From the IMG/VR virus record IMGVR_UViG_3300009155_000035: a stretch of 64,000 nt of DNA. One strand, written 5' to 3'. The stretch is from a virus (taxonomy: Duplodnaviria > Caudoviricetes). Under the pieces are notes generated by a model. That model was not told the origin of the DNA, ran no database searches, and saw only the letters and a program-made list of their open reading frames with translations. The translations under genes were made by a program, and so were the position numbers. This document shows, in pieces, positions 47,174 through 57,219 of this stretch (positions within the stretch are counted from its first letter, which is position 1; each line of letters begins with the position of its first letter).

Positions 47174-48150
47174 TCAACGTATTCGATTATCTGCCAGGCA
47201 AACGCAAACAAACACCATCAGGATGGGTCAGCTTCAATGCGGTTTGTTGCACTCATAATGGCAACAGCTTAGACCGACGCCAGCGAGGTGGATTCAAAGC
47301 AACCGAACAAGGCTGGAGCTACCACTGCTTTAATTGTGGGTATACTGCTAGTTTTATTCTTGGAAGGCAGCTAACATTCAAAGCCCGTAAGCTATTGACC
47401 TGGCTAAACGTGCCAGATGCAGAGATTGAACATGTTAACTTAGAAAGTCTAAAGCATCGCAACATACACGGCATCATAGACGACAGGCAACAAATGTTTA
47501 ATACTCTTCAAGCCATTGAGTTTGAAGAACGAGATCTACCGCCCTTTGCAGAGTTGTTGACCGATGAAAATGCGGGGTACACAGAATATGTGAGATCCAG
47601 GTGCGTGCCAGAAGACTTTCCTGTGATGATACAAGAGCGCAACGACGGTGTTCATTGGGTGCGTCCGCACGTGGTAATTCCGTTTACACACAATGACAAA
47701 ATTGTGGGATGGACTTGTAGATTTTTAGACAACAAGCAACCCAAGTTTATCAGTGACAGCCAGCCAGGTTATGTATTTGGCACAGACTTGCAACACAGCG
47801 ATTGGCAGTATGTGATTGTTACTGAAGGAATTTTTGATGCACTCTCTATAGGCGGTCTAGCGTTAATGCACAATACTATAAGCGATGCTCAGGCAAGATT
47901 AATACGCAGTCTAGGAAAAGAAATTGTTGTAGTACCAGATCAAGACAAACCGGGTATGAAGTTGGTTGACCGCGCAGTAGAGCTTAACTGGGCAGTGAGT
48001 ATACCCAATTGGCCCGAGGACGTCAAAGATGTCAACGATGCAGTGATTAGATATGGCAAGTTGGCCACTTTGATGATGATTATGCAGGCAAAAGAAACAT
48101 CCAAGATCAAAATAGAGATGCAAAAGAAAAAGGTACTAAAGCGTGTCTAA
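47170..48150 (+). CDS. DNA primase (gp61/DnaG-like)
   Basis: Zn finger CC..HCFNC; TOPRIM VTEGIFDA, VVPDQD, KDVND. Confidence 0.9.
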   Translation: MINVFDYLPGKRKQTPSGWVSFNAVCCTHNGNSLDRRQRGGFKATEQGWSYHCFNCGYTASFILGRQLTFKARKLLTWLNVPDAEIEHVNLESLKHRNIHGIIDDRQQMFNTLQAIEFEERDLPPFAELLTDENAGYTEYVRSRCVPEDFPVMIQERNDGVHWVRPHVVIPFTHNDKIVGWTCRFLDNKQPKFISDSQPGYVFGTDLQHSDWQYVIVTEGIFDALSIGGLALMHNTISDAQARLIRSLGKEIVVVPDQDKPGMKLVDRAVELNWAVSIPNWPEDVKDVNDAVIRYGKLATLMMIMQAKETSKIKIEMQKKKVLKRV

Positions 48151-49243
48151 TTCATGGTGCCCAGAAATATTTCGCAGTATCTATGTTGATAGATTTAATG
48201 ATGATCAAATACGATTTGCACCCTGCTGTCAAGCACTGCCAACAATAGAACCTTTGTCTACATTTGATTTTGCCACCAATCAATATCTAACTGGTCTAAG
48301 AGAACAAATAGCACAAGGCAAAAAACCCACTGAGTGTGATTCATGTTGGAAAGTAGAACGTGTAGGGCAAAAAAGTCGTAGACAAAGTGCTATTGAATTC
48401 TTTTCAATTGAGCCTAATATAGACGTGGTGTTAGAAAGTATTGATCACAGCGCCACATGGGCTTGCAATTCTGCTTGTGTAATGTGCAAACCACAGCATA
48501 GCAGTATGTGGGCCAGTGAGTTAAACTACAGTGCAGACGAATTGTACAAAGCTGGACGACGTTTTCAAAAAGCCAATAATTTTTTAGAGTACCTTGATAT
48601 TACAAACATTAAGAAAATACATTTCAATGGCGGAGAGCCGTTGTTAAACAACGATCAAGTTGAGTTGTTGGAAAAACTAAAGACCAACAACAAGTTGTCA
48701 TCTACATTTGTGAGCTATAATACAAACGGCACAGTTTATCCCTCACAAAAGATTTTGAATTTATGGGCAGAGACTCGTTTGGTAAAGTTGTTTTTTAGTT
48801 TAGATGCAATTGGCCCTGCATTTAACTACATACGTTGGCCAGGAGATTGGAACCAAGTGCGTGACAATATTTTGAGACTGCGTGATACTGCACCATCAAA
48901 TGTTATGTTTGGGATCAACGCCACAGTAGGTGCTCATAATTTATTAGAGATTGGTGCAATGTATCAGTGGTTTGACGCAAATTTAAAAACCAACCGAGAA
49001 GGTGACCCATCGGATTTTTGTTGGCAATTTGCCGATAACTTTCCAGTGTCTGCGGTGCCCGAGCAAGTTAAAAATAAAGCCATCGAACAATTGTCCAATG
49101 TTGATGTATTGACTCCATTGGCAGACCATGTTAAATATAACCCACCCAGCAGTTATCCGTGGACACAAACGTTAGATACAATTGATCAACGACGCGGAAC
49201 CGACTGGCGTACTGTGTTAGAAATTGGAAAATATGACTGTTAA
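48143..49243 (+). CDS. Radical SAM protein with N-terminal SPASM/twitch-like cluster
   Basis: CPE, PCC, CDSCW; ACNSACVMC, FNGGEP, YNTNG, SLDA, YIRWP..W. Confidence 0.85.
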   Translation: MSNSWCPEIFRSIYVDRFNDDQIRFAPCCQALPTIEPLSTFDFATNQYLTGLREQIAQGKKPTECDSCWKVERVGQKSRRQSAIEFFSIEPNIDVVLESIDHSATWACNSACVMCKPQHSSMWASELNYSADELYKAGRRFQKANNFLEYLDITNIKKIHFNGGEPLLNNDQVELLEKLKTNNKLSSTFVSYNTNGTVYPSQKILNLWAETRLVKLFFSLDAIGPAFNYIRWPGDWNQVRDNILRLRDTAPSNVMFGINATVGAHNLLEIGAMYQWFDANLKTNREGDPSDFCWQFADNFPVSAVPEQVKNKAIEQLSNVDVLTPLADHVKYNPPSSYPWTQTLDTIDQRRGTDWRTVLEIGKYDC

Positions 49244-49958
49244 CTATCAATTTTACGAAACCACAACATGCAAGGCCGCCTGGGACAACTACATGGGCCT
49301 AGATACTAGTATGCGTCCATTGAATGGCTTGTGTTTGATTTACTACGTGATCAAACATTTTCAACCACAGAGCATTTTAGAAATTGGATTTAGAGAAGGC
49401 ATGACATTTGCCGCAATGCTAGAAGCATCCACGCCCGGTTGTCACTTAACTGGTATTGATATCAAACTCACAAGAGAACACTTTGACAAATACTTTAACA
49501 AGATACAACTTACACACGATAGGCGTATTGATTTGTTTGAAATACCCAGTCAAAACTTTATTCCAGATCGCAAATATGATTTTGTCAATGTTGATGGATG
49601 TCACGAGTACCCACAGGTATTGACTGACCTAGCGACAGTGAGTCGTGTTGTGGAAAACAATGCAATCATCATGCTTGATGATTATGCCACACCCGGAGTG
49701 GACCAAGCCATTGATGATTTTATGAAGCTAGACACAGGATTTGTGCCGTTTTTAAAAGATCGTCAAGCAGTGTTTTTTCATCACGAGAGTCACGATGCTT
49801 CGGAGTTTCTTGACAATGTATTAGACAAAACATTCTTTGACTTAGCATCACTTTATAATGTACAATACAAAGGACACAACACTAAAGAAGTAAACTTTTG
49901 GCCAGCCATAAAAGATAACAAAATATTTTGGCTCATGTGTAACCGACTAAAAATATAA
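49233..49958 (+). CDS. Class I SAM-dependent methyltransferase (Methyltransf_24-like)
   Basis: ILEIGF, GID, DFVNVDGCHEY, IIMLDDY; start moved to 49233. Confidence 0.8.
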   Translation: MTVNYQFYETTTCKAAWDNYMGLDTSMRPLNGLCLIYYVIKHFQPQSILEIGFREGMTFAAMLEASTPGCHLTGIDIKLTREHFDKYFNKIQLTHDRRIDLFEIPSQNFIPDRKYDFVNVDGCHEYPQVLTDLATVSRVVENNAIIMLDDYATPGVDQAIDDFMKLDTGFVPFLKDRQAVFFHHESHDASEFLDNVLDKTFFDLASLYNVQYKGHNTKEVNFWPAIKDNKIFWLMCNRLKI

Positions 49959-49959
49959 T

Positions 49960-51396
49960 ATGCTTAAAGAATACACAGTTGATATACAAAGATTGTTTTT
50001 GGAGATGATGTTAGAGGACGCACAAAGTTATGTGCGTGTACAGAACATCTACAACCCACAGAACTTTGACAGGAGTTTACGTGCTGCCGCCGAGTTTATC
50101 AAAGAGCATACTGACAAGTTCAAGACCATGCCCGAGCGTACACAGATTGCAGCCGCAACCAGTGTAAAGCTTCAGCCGGTGCCAGATCTCAACGAAGGTC
50201 ACTTTGAATGGTTTATGCAAGAGTTTGAAAGTTTTACCAAGCGCCAAGAACTTGAAAGGGCTATTCTTAAAGCGGCAGACTTGCTGGAAAAAGGTGAGTT
50301 TGACCCCGTTGAGAAACTGATCAAAGATGCTGTTCAAATATCCCTGACCAAGGACCTGGGCACAGATTTTTGGCTAGATCCGGAATCCATGTTCAGTCGA
50401 TACTTTGATGCAGGTGGACAAGTAAGCACAGGATGGCCACAGCTGGACAAGTTGCTGTATGGTGGATTCAGTCGAGGTGAACTCAACATCTTTGCAGGTG
50501 GATCGGGATCAGGCAAGTCCTTGGTCATGATGAACATTGCGTTGAATTGGGTACAACTGGGACTGCATGGTGTTTATATCACGCTTGAACTTAGTGAAGA
50601 GCTCACAGGTCTGCGCACAGCGGCCATGTTGACTAACATGAGCACCAAGGACATTCGCAAAGACAAAGAAACTGCATCGTTAAAAATCAAATTGGTTGGT
50701 AAAAAAGCAGGTAGTTATCAAGTCAAGGCATTGCCAGCACAAAGCAATATCAATGATATTCGCGCATTCTTGAAAGAGTATCAAATCAAAACAGGACGCA
50801 AAGTAGACTTCATGATGATTGACTACTTGGACTTGTTGATGCCGGTTAGTGCCAAAGTCAGTCCCAACGACTTGTTTGTTAAAGACAAGTACGTGAGTGA
50901 GGAACTGCGTAACTTGGCCAAAGAGCTGGGTATCTTGATGGTAACAGCTTCGCAGTTGAACCGAAGTGCTGTGGAAGAAATTGAATTTGATCACTCGCAC
51001 ATTTCGGGCGGTATCTCCAAGATCAACACAGCAGACAACGTGTTCGGCATCTTTACCAGTCGTGCCATGAAAGAGCGTGGCAAGTATCAGATCCAGTGTA
51101 TGAAGAGTCGTAGTTCTACAGGTGTGGGACAAAAGATTGATTTAGACTACAACATGGAAACCATGCGTATTACAGACAGTGGTGACGCAGAAGGCGAGGG
51201 TTTCAGTAAAAAGCCTTCAATGAATATCATGGAAAGTATCAAGGCAAAGGCCAGTGTTAGTGCGAGTACCAGTGAAACAAGTTCAACATCCTGGGAAAGA
51301 GCCACAGGAACGCCAGCGTGGGAACAACCTCCCAAGGTAGAAGCTGAAGTTCAAAGTGCAAAACTAAAACAGTTGCTTGGACAAATTAAAAAATAA
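49960..51396 (+). CDS. Replicative helicase (T4 gp41/DnaB-like)
   Basis: STGW..LD, GGSGSGKS, TLELSE, IDYLDL, TASQLNR, ISKINTAD, KSR. Confidence 0.95.
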   Translation: MLKEYTVDIQRLFLEMMLEDAQSYVRVQNIYNPQNFDRSLRAAAEFIKEHTDKFKTMPERTQIAAATSVKLQPVPDLNEGHFEWFMQEFESFTKRQELERAILKAADLLEKGEFDPVEKLIKDAVQISLTKDLGTDFWLDPESMFSRYFDAGGQVSTGWPQLDKLLYGGFSRGELNIFAGGSGSGKSLVMMNIALNWVQLGLHGVYITLELSEELTGLRTAAMLTNMSTKDIRKDKETASLKIKLVGKKAGSYQVKALPAQSNINDIRAFLKEYQIKTGRKVDFMMIDYLDLLMPVSAKVSPNDLFVKDKYVSEELRNLAKELGILMVTASQLNRSAVEEIEFDHSHISGGISKINTADNVFGIFTSRAMKERGKYQIQCMKSRSSTGVGQKIDLDYNMETMRITDSGDAEGEGFSKKPSMNIMESIKAKASVSASTSETSSTSWERATGTPAWEQPPKVEAEVQSAKLKQLLGQIKK

Positions 51397-52406
51397 TGTA
51401 CGCATATCAAGATATACGTCATGTGCATTTAGAAATTTCTAGTCGGTGCAATGCAGAGTGCCCGCTGTGTCCTAGAAATTTTTATGGATATCCCTACAAT
51501 GATGGGTACATTGAGCATGATATGACATTGGGTGAAGCACAACGTATATTCTCGGTTGATTTTATCAAACAGTTGGGCGCAGTACAAATCAATGGTAACT
51601 TTGGCGACATCGTCATGAATCATGATGCTATCTCCATTGTTGAATATTTGCGTAGTCATAACAATGTCATGGACATCACTGTTACCACAAACGCTGGCGC
51701 CAGAGATAAAAAATTCTGGCGAGAACTGGCAAGATTACGATGCCGTGTTATTTTTTGTATTGAGGGGTTTGAAGACACTCATCATCTCTACAGACAAAAT
51801 ACACGCTATGAAGTCGTTATAAAAAACGCCAAGACATTTATTGACGCGGGCGGTACAGCTACCTGGAAAATGATAGACTTTGCGCATAACAAGCATCAGC
51901 AAGAACCAGCTCGCCAACTATCTAAAGACATGGGGTTTAAGAACTTTCTTTTGGTAGATTACGGACGAGATACTGCCCCAGTATTTGACCACAGTGGCAA
52001 TTTAAAACACGTCATTGGCAACCCCACAGAGACAAATTTTAAAAAAATGTTTTTTACGCGAACTGTCAACAGAGTATTTCTTAAAGATATCATTGATGAT
52101 AGAACCCCTGCTCCAATCAGTTGTGCAGTCAAGGGATCAAGTTCAGTGTACGTGTCCAGTACCGGTGATGCGTACCCATGTTGTTTCTTGGGATTTAATC
52201 CCAAAACATATGGGCATGGTAATTATCATGCCGCTGCCAACAAACAAATATCTGAATTAATTTACGAAAACAATGCTATTGAACATGGGCTAGAACATGC
52301 TATTAAATGGTTTGATAATATTGTAAAGGCCTGGGAAATACCCGACTTCCTCAGTGGCCGCCCAATCATTTGTCATGACTATTGTTCCAAAAACGGTAAA
52401 TATTGA
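51396..52406 (+). CDS. Radical SAM protein with C-terminal SPASM/twitch-like Cys
   Basis: SRCNAECPLC, NGNFGD, TTN, C-terminal C...YPCC...C...C. Confidence 0.85.
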   Translation: MYAYQDIRHVHLEISSRCNAECPLCPRNFYGYPYNDGYIEHDMTLGEAQRIFSVDFIKQLGAVQINGNFGDIVMNHDAISIVEYLRSHNNVMDITVTTNAGARDKKFWRELARLRCRVIFCIEGFEDTHHLYRQNTRYEVVIKNAKTFIDAGGTATWKMIDFAHNKHQQEPARQLSKDMGFKNFLLVDYGRDTAPVFDHSGNLKHVIGNPTETNFKKMFFTRTVNRVFLKDIIDDRTPAPISCAVKGSSSVYVSSTGDAYPCCFLGFNPKTYGHGNYHAAANKQISELIYENNAIEHGLEHAIKWFDNIVKAWEIPDFLSGRPIICHDYCSKNGKY

Positions 52407-52422
52407 ACAAAGAGACGGTATC

Positions 52423-52680
52423 ATGCAAAAGAAAACTCGCAGTATTCTCGAAGAGCTAGACTCAATATATCAAGAACGTCAGCAGACCCGCGATCGACAA
52501 TACATTATTGAAAGTCGTGCTAGCAATGTCATTGCCAGTGCTATTCGTTTAATTGAACAAATTGAATCTACATTTACACCCGAGCAAGCAGATAATTTAA
52601 ATCGAAAATTGCTAAACGCAATTAGAGACCGAGATCCTGGTAAATTTATTAGAACCGTGAGACGTACCAATGCTGGCTGA
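52423..52680 (+). CDS. Small late hypothetical protein
   Basis: TAAATA at 52397-52402; start moved to 52423. Confidence 0.55.
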   Translation: MQKKTRSILEELDSIYQERQQTRDRQYIIESRASNVIASAIRLIEQIESTFTPEQADNLNRKLLNAIRDRDPGKFIRTVRRTNAG

Positions 52681-54595
52681 AGGCGGTAATGTTTTTAAAG
52701 ATCCTGCCGGTAATCCAGCAACTCAGCGTATAAATCAAGCTGATGTTCCTGCGACTATCGCATTTGTAGAAAAAGTACTGGGGATGAAATTCCCACAAGA
52801 GCGTTGGCTAGGATCAACTGGCCGTAAGCCCACATCTGGTGACCTTGACCTTGGGGTAGATACTAGCGAAGTAACCAAAGATCAAATTGCTGACAAGTTA
52901 ACACAATGGGCACAGTCACAAAAACAAGATCCACGTGAATGGGTTAAAAAAGCAGGCGAAGTACATTTTAAAACACCCATTGCTGGTGATGCTAAAAAAG
53001 GTTTTGTGCAAACAGATTTTATGTTCTTTCCCAATCTTGATTGGGGAACATTTTTTTATGGCGGCGCCGAAGGATCTAACTACAAGGGCATGAACCGCAA
53101 TGTTCTAATGAGCAGTATTGCTAAATCCCTAGGACTCAAAGTGGGCGCCAATGGTATGTTCAGTCGTACTACAAATCAACTGGTCAAGGGCGGCATGGAC
53201 CCCGACTATGTGGCTCGAGTATTGCTAGGATCAAATGCAACTAAAGAAAATCTCAAGAATGTTGAAAGCATTTATGCCGCACTAGAAAATGATCCAGAGC
53301 GTGATGCCAAGCTGAAAGATTTTAGAGAATATCTTGCACGAGAAGGACTCACTGAACCTGGTGCACCTGTGCAAGAAAATGAAGTCAGCTTTATGTCTCG
53401 CTTACGTGATAGAATTGTAAATCAAGGCTATCACATTATCATTGAATCCGAAGCTCCGGCCAAGAAGAAAGATCCAAGGATCCCACATCCTGAAGACGCT
53501 TTCTTCTTAGGTGGTAGTGCAGCCGCATCAAAAGCCATACAAGGCATGGAAAATGCTATTGCCAATGCTGGTAAAACCACTATCAAGTGGGATGGTAAAC
53601 CTGCATTGATCTGGGGCAGATTGCCCAACGGCAAACTAGCAGTCATGGACAAATATATGTTTGACGCCAAGTATCCGGCACAAAGTCCCGAAGACTGGGT
53701 CAAGTATGATCAACAAAAAAAATCTGGTAATTTAAGAAGCGACTTGTATCCCAAGCTCAAAGCCATATGGCCAGGATTAGATGCTGCCACAATAGGCCCT
53801 GGCTTTTATTGGGGTGACTTGATGTGGGCCGGAGAACTACAACCACAAGGCGGTAAGTACACATTCAAACCTAATTTTGTACAGTATTCAATCCCAACCA
53901 ATAGCGAACTAGGTCAAACTATTCCCGGCAAAACTGGTGGCATTGTTGTTCATCAGCAGTTTGCTAATTTAGGCGATCAAGTAGCCCAGCCTTGGGATGG
54001 TCAGGGCTTGCAGAATGTTCGTGGAGGGGTTGATATTATCAAGCCCAATATTGGCATTACATTTAAACTAAAGCCACCTGCAAAATTAATTGCTGCCGCA
54101 AAACAAGCGGTTGGCACATACGGCGCAGCCGTGGATCAACTGTTGAATTCTCTACCGGCTAGCACACGAGCACAAATGCAGACCTATTTCAATCAACGCA
54201 TTATTGGCGCTACAAAATTCAGTATGCCCAACTGGTTGAAAACCAAGTCTAGTGCTCGTCAGTACAGTGAACTAGTAACTGGTAATCCAGACGTCAATGG
54301 ACAATACAATGCCAAAACTGGCAATATCCCCGGCAAACTCTACACACTTGACGCCAACAACAAACCAGTGCCCAGTCCGGCTCACCTGGGACTGCTGGCA
54401 ATTTGGAACTCAATATACAATTTAAAATTAAACCTGGCACAACAGCTTGAACAACAAGTACAAGGGCTAGAGCAAAGCACTGGTGGTCAAGCCGAGGGCG
54501 AAGGATTTGTTGTTCCTACACCAACTGGGCTAGTCAAGTTGGTGAATCGTGGGGTATTTTCAGCAGGAAATGCCGCACAAAATAATCCCAAGTAA
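52670..54595 (+). CDS. Pol-beta-type nucleotidyltransferase fused to ATP-dependent ligase-like domain
   Basis: LGSTG...SGDLDL (GS..DxD) and VQTDF; C-domain KWDG (motif I), WGD (III), EGFVV (IV), LVKLV (V). Confidence 0.6.
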   Translation: MLAEGGNVFKDPAGNPATQRINQADVPATIAFVEKVLGMKFPQERWLGSTGRKPTSGDLDLGVDTSEVTKDQIADKLTQWAQSQKQDPREWVKKAGEVHFKTPIAGDAKKGFVQTDFMFFPNLDWGTFFYGGAEGSNYKGMNRNVLMSSIAKSLGLKVGANGMFSRTTNQLVKGGMDPDYVARVLLGSNATKENLKNVESIYAALENDPERDAKLKDFREYLAREGLTEPGAPVQENEVSFMSRLRDRIVNQGYHIIIESEAPAKKKDPRIPHPEDAFFLGGSAAASKAIQGMENAIANAGKTTIKWDGKPALIWGRLPNGKLAVMDKYMFDAKYPAQSPEDWVKYDQQKKSGNLRSDLYPKLKAIWPGLDAATIGPGFYWGDLMWAGELQPQGGKYTFKPNFVQYSIPTNSELGQTIPGKTGGIVVHQQFANLGDQVAQPWDGQGLQNVRGGVDIIKPNIGITFKLKPPAKLIAAAKQAVGTYGAAVDQLLNSLPASTRAQMQTYFNQRIIGATKFSMPNWLKTKSSARQYSELVTGNPDVNGQYNAKTGNIPGKLYTLDANNKPVPSPAHLGLLAIWNSIYNLKLNLAQQLEQQVQGLEQSTGGQAEGEGFVVPTPTGLVKLVNRGVFSAGNAAQNNPK

Positions 54596-54615
54596 CTGTT
54601 TTTTTAGAGATCGAC

Positions 54616-54621
54616 TAAATA
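54616..54621 (+). promoter_or_regulatory. Late promoter (TAAATA)
   Basis: TAAATA, short leader hairpin GACC/GGTC, TAAGGAG RBS, ATG 54663. Confidence 0.65.
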
Positions 54622-54662
54622 AAAGCAGACCCCAAGTGGTCATATATTAAGGAGATTTAAAA

Positions 54663-55133
54663 ATGGCATATTTTCCACCTTTCAATGGTGACGCACAACC
54701 AGTATTTGCGTTAGACGTTAACAACGGTCCTCAGACCGGTAACATTGGTTCTACTGATGCGTTAGTTCAGCCTCAAGGCCCCAAGCTAGACTTCTTCAAA
54801 GTTCTAGTTAAAAACGGTTCTGCAACAGCAATTGATCTTCGCGATCAGTTGGGTAACTACAGCGGCGGCGGTACAGTGTTTAACCCAGGTGTTGTTGTTC
54901 AGATCAACCAACGTGTTCAACAAACTGCTACCATCGCTATCTACCAAGTAGAAGGCGCAAGCACTGGCCAGATCAGCTACGCTATCTACCCACAAGATGC
55001 TTACACTGCTTCCACATTGCAGACAGCTATTCAAGCTCTTGGCAACATTCAGATCACAGCATCTGATGGTACTGTGACTGGTGTTGACGTTAGCGGCACA
55101 ATTGTTACTGAGCCTGGCTTCCAACTAGCTTAA
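54663..55133 (+). CDS. Probable abundant virion protein (monocistronic late gene)
   Basis: Own late promoter, strong RBS, terminator; G/T/V/Q-rich 156 aa. Confidence 0.5.
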   Translation: MAYFPPFNGDAQPVFALDVNNGPQTGNIGSTDALVQPQGPKLDFFKVLVKNGSATAIDLRDQLGNYSGGGTVFNPGVVVQINQRVQQTATIAIYQVEGASTGQISYAIYPQDAYTASTLQTAIQALGNIQITASDGTVTGVDVSGTIVTEPGFQLA

Positions 55134-55154
55134 TCGATTATACGTCGACCACAC

Positions 55155-55181
55155 AACCCTGGATTTATTCCAGGGTTTTTT
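55155..55181 (+). terminator. Rho-independent terminator
   Basis: AACCCTGGA-tttat-TCCAGGGTT plus T tract. Confidence 0.8.
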
Positions 55182-55202
55182 CTTGTCCGTTAAATAACAG
55201 AC

Positions 55203-55634
55203 ATGACTTATCGTATCTTTTGCAAAACTAAATTTGACATCACAGCCACTGGAGTGCGCAGTCATTATAGATCTGCACGTATGCCTTTTAAGGACGAACA
55301 GGGACGGGATATTATTGACCAATCTACATGGAATCGCTCACGGAACAAACAACGTAATTGGGAAACTGTTAATCAAGTCATAAGCCTGCGCACATTGCCA
55401 GAGAATATCAATGCACCTAAGCAGGTGATTGTGGATGATGTATCGTTTTGGGAGTTTAGTTTTGATATTGACAATATTGAAACAACCACATTAGATGACA
55501 ACCCAGTTGGTGCGCTAGTACGAGACTGTCAGGGAGTACCAATGATACTAGGGCTTGACGAAACACCTGGACTAGCACCAATGCTTGATGCAAGCATTGA
55601 TTCTAATATATGGTTCTGGACCAACTTAGAATAA
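55203..55634 (+). CDS. Late hypothetical protein
   Basis: TAAATA at 55191-96; 143 aa. Confidence 0.55.
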   Translation: MTYRIFCKTKFDITATGVRSHYRSARMPFKDEQGRDIIDQSTWNRSRNKQRNWETVNQVISLRTLPENINAPKQVIVDDVSFWEFSFDIDNIETTTLDDNPVGALVRDCQGVPMILGLDETPGLAPMLDASIDSNIWFWTNLE

Positions 55635-55642
55635 ATAATTCT

Positions 55643-55906
55643 ATGTCCGACACCACTGAAATTGAAAAAAAGAGCCTTGAAGCGCACGTTGAATTGTGTG
55701 CTGAAAGATACCGCCAATTAGAATTCACTATTTCTGATATCAAAGCAGATGTGGCCGAACTAAAAAACATACTAAATGTGGTGCGTGATAAATTGTCTGA
55801 GATGAGTGACAAGAGAAACAATCAACTTATTACCTGGGCCATTAGTATAATGAGTATTATGCTTGGTACCATTGGTTACTTGACTGTTAATTACGTTTTA
55901 AAATAA
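55643..55906 (+). CDS. Coiled-coil protein with C-terminal TM helix (XhlA/holin-like)
   Basis: EAHVELCAERY coiled coil; LITWAISIMSIMLGTIGYL hydrophobic tail; TAAATA at 55632-37. Confidence 0.5.
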   Translation: MSDTTEIEKKSLEAHVELCAERYRQLEFTISDIKADVAELKNILNVVRDKLSEMSDKRNNQLITWAISIMSIMLGTIGYLTVNYVLK

Positions 55907-55907
55907 C

Positions 55908-56438
55908 ATGAATATAACAGACAACACACTTCGACAATTAGAACAAGTGCTGTCGGCTGACTTTGAATCAGCCAAACAAAATTTAATTTTTAGTACTGAA
56001 AACGGTTATCAAGTTTTTGATCGTTATACCATATTAAAAAAACAAAATAATGTAACTGTTACAGAATACACTGGTGATCCTCTGCCTTTTACCAGCGTGA
56101 GAACAGCACTGAGCTGGTGCATAGCAGACAAATACAATCAGATTAAACTAGCCAACGAAATCAAACGATTAGATGAAAAGCGTTGGCGATTACGAAACGA
56201 CGTGAGCTTTTCTCAAAAGCTCACTAGTAGATTTAAGGACCCCGGCACTCGGGAAACCGCACTACTTAAATTAGAAACCAAACAAGCTTTGCTTAACAAT
56301 GTAGAAATTGGTTTAGAAAAATGTGCAAACTTAGCTAAATATTGGCAACTACGGGGATTCAACGATGAAATTGAACGAACTAAGCGCAGTGCGCAAAACA
56401 GAGACAATCGCTCGAGTATTCGAGTCTTACCTAGGTAA
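55908..56438 (+). CDS. Hypothetical protein
   Basis: 176 aa, operonic. Confidence 0.5.
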   Translation: MNITDNTLRQLEQVLSADFESAKQNLIFSTENGYQVFDRYTILKKQNNVTVTEYTGDPLPFTSVRTALSWCIADKYNQIKLANEIKRLDEKRWRLRNDVSFSQKLTSRFKDPGTRETALLKLETKQALLNNVEIGLEKCANLAKYWQLRGFNDEIERTKRSAQNRDNRSSIRVLPR

Positions 56439-57219
56439 GAAGGTAGACTTTCAGGCATTGTCAAACACACAGGCTCAACACATGTTACGCCGTGTTAGAT
56501 CTTTGATCAGTGAGCAGAGAAGTTCATCGGGCATTTACAAGAGCGAGAAAAATCCTGCTTACTTGAAATTAATGATGATGGAACAAGCTTTGGCCAGTCA
56601 TATCAATGAAGTTGGCACCACGCCAATGGCAATTGATGTCAACGATCCAAAGACCAAACAGATCATGCAAAAAGCCGGTAATGGTCAAACACTGAACCCT
56701 GAAGAACAAAAAACCATGAACGCTATTGCTCTCATGAAAAAAGAGGGCAAGAAAGCAGGCATGAAGCGCATGGTCAAAGAAAGCGAAATTCAACAAGCTC
56801 AAGTTGTTCTAGCAAGCCAAGACATGCTGGATCGTATTCAGAAAATGACCGAAGATATCAGCGAAATGCAATTCAAAGATCTACCAGCATTGACTGACAG
56901 TATCAAGAATGACATGGGAACCGAACAAGCCACTGCATATCAAGCACAAGCCAGTGCCGCATTGAGCACATTACTAAGTGCATTGCAACAAGGCAAAACT
57001 CAACTAGAAGCGGCTCAGGGTGCTATTACTGGCACTGGTACTGACCTTGCAGTGCCAGGCGCTGATGATGACCTGGGTGCTGATCTAGACGCTGACGTAG
57101 ATGCAGCCGCCTTGGCAGCACCAGACATGGGCGGAGATGAAGAAGATATATCAGTGGATGCTGATATTGACGCAGAAATTGAGCCAGCATCATCCCTGGG
57201 TAGAGAACGCAGAAAATGA
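56365..57219 (+). CDS. Putative prohead core/scaffold-like protein
   Basis: Helical, very acidic C-terminus ending GRERRK; MKLNEL start; internal INE and VKE sites. Confidence 0.4.
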   Translation: MKLNELSAVRKTETIARVFESYLGKKVDFQALSNTQAQHMLRRVRSLISEQRSSSGIYKSEKNPAYLKLMMMEQALASHINEVGTTPMAIDVNDPKTKQIMQKAGNGQTLNPEEQKTMNAIALMKKEGKKAGMKRMVKESEIQQAQVVLASQDMLDRIQKMTEDISEMQFKDLPALTDSIKNDMGTEQATAYQAQASAALSTLLSALQQGKTQLEAAQGAITGTGTDLAVPGADDDLGADLDADVDAAALAAPDMGGDEEDISVDADIDAEIEPASSLGRERRK

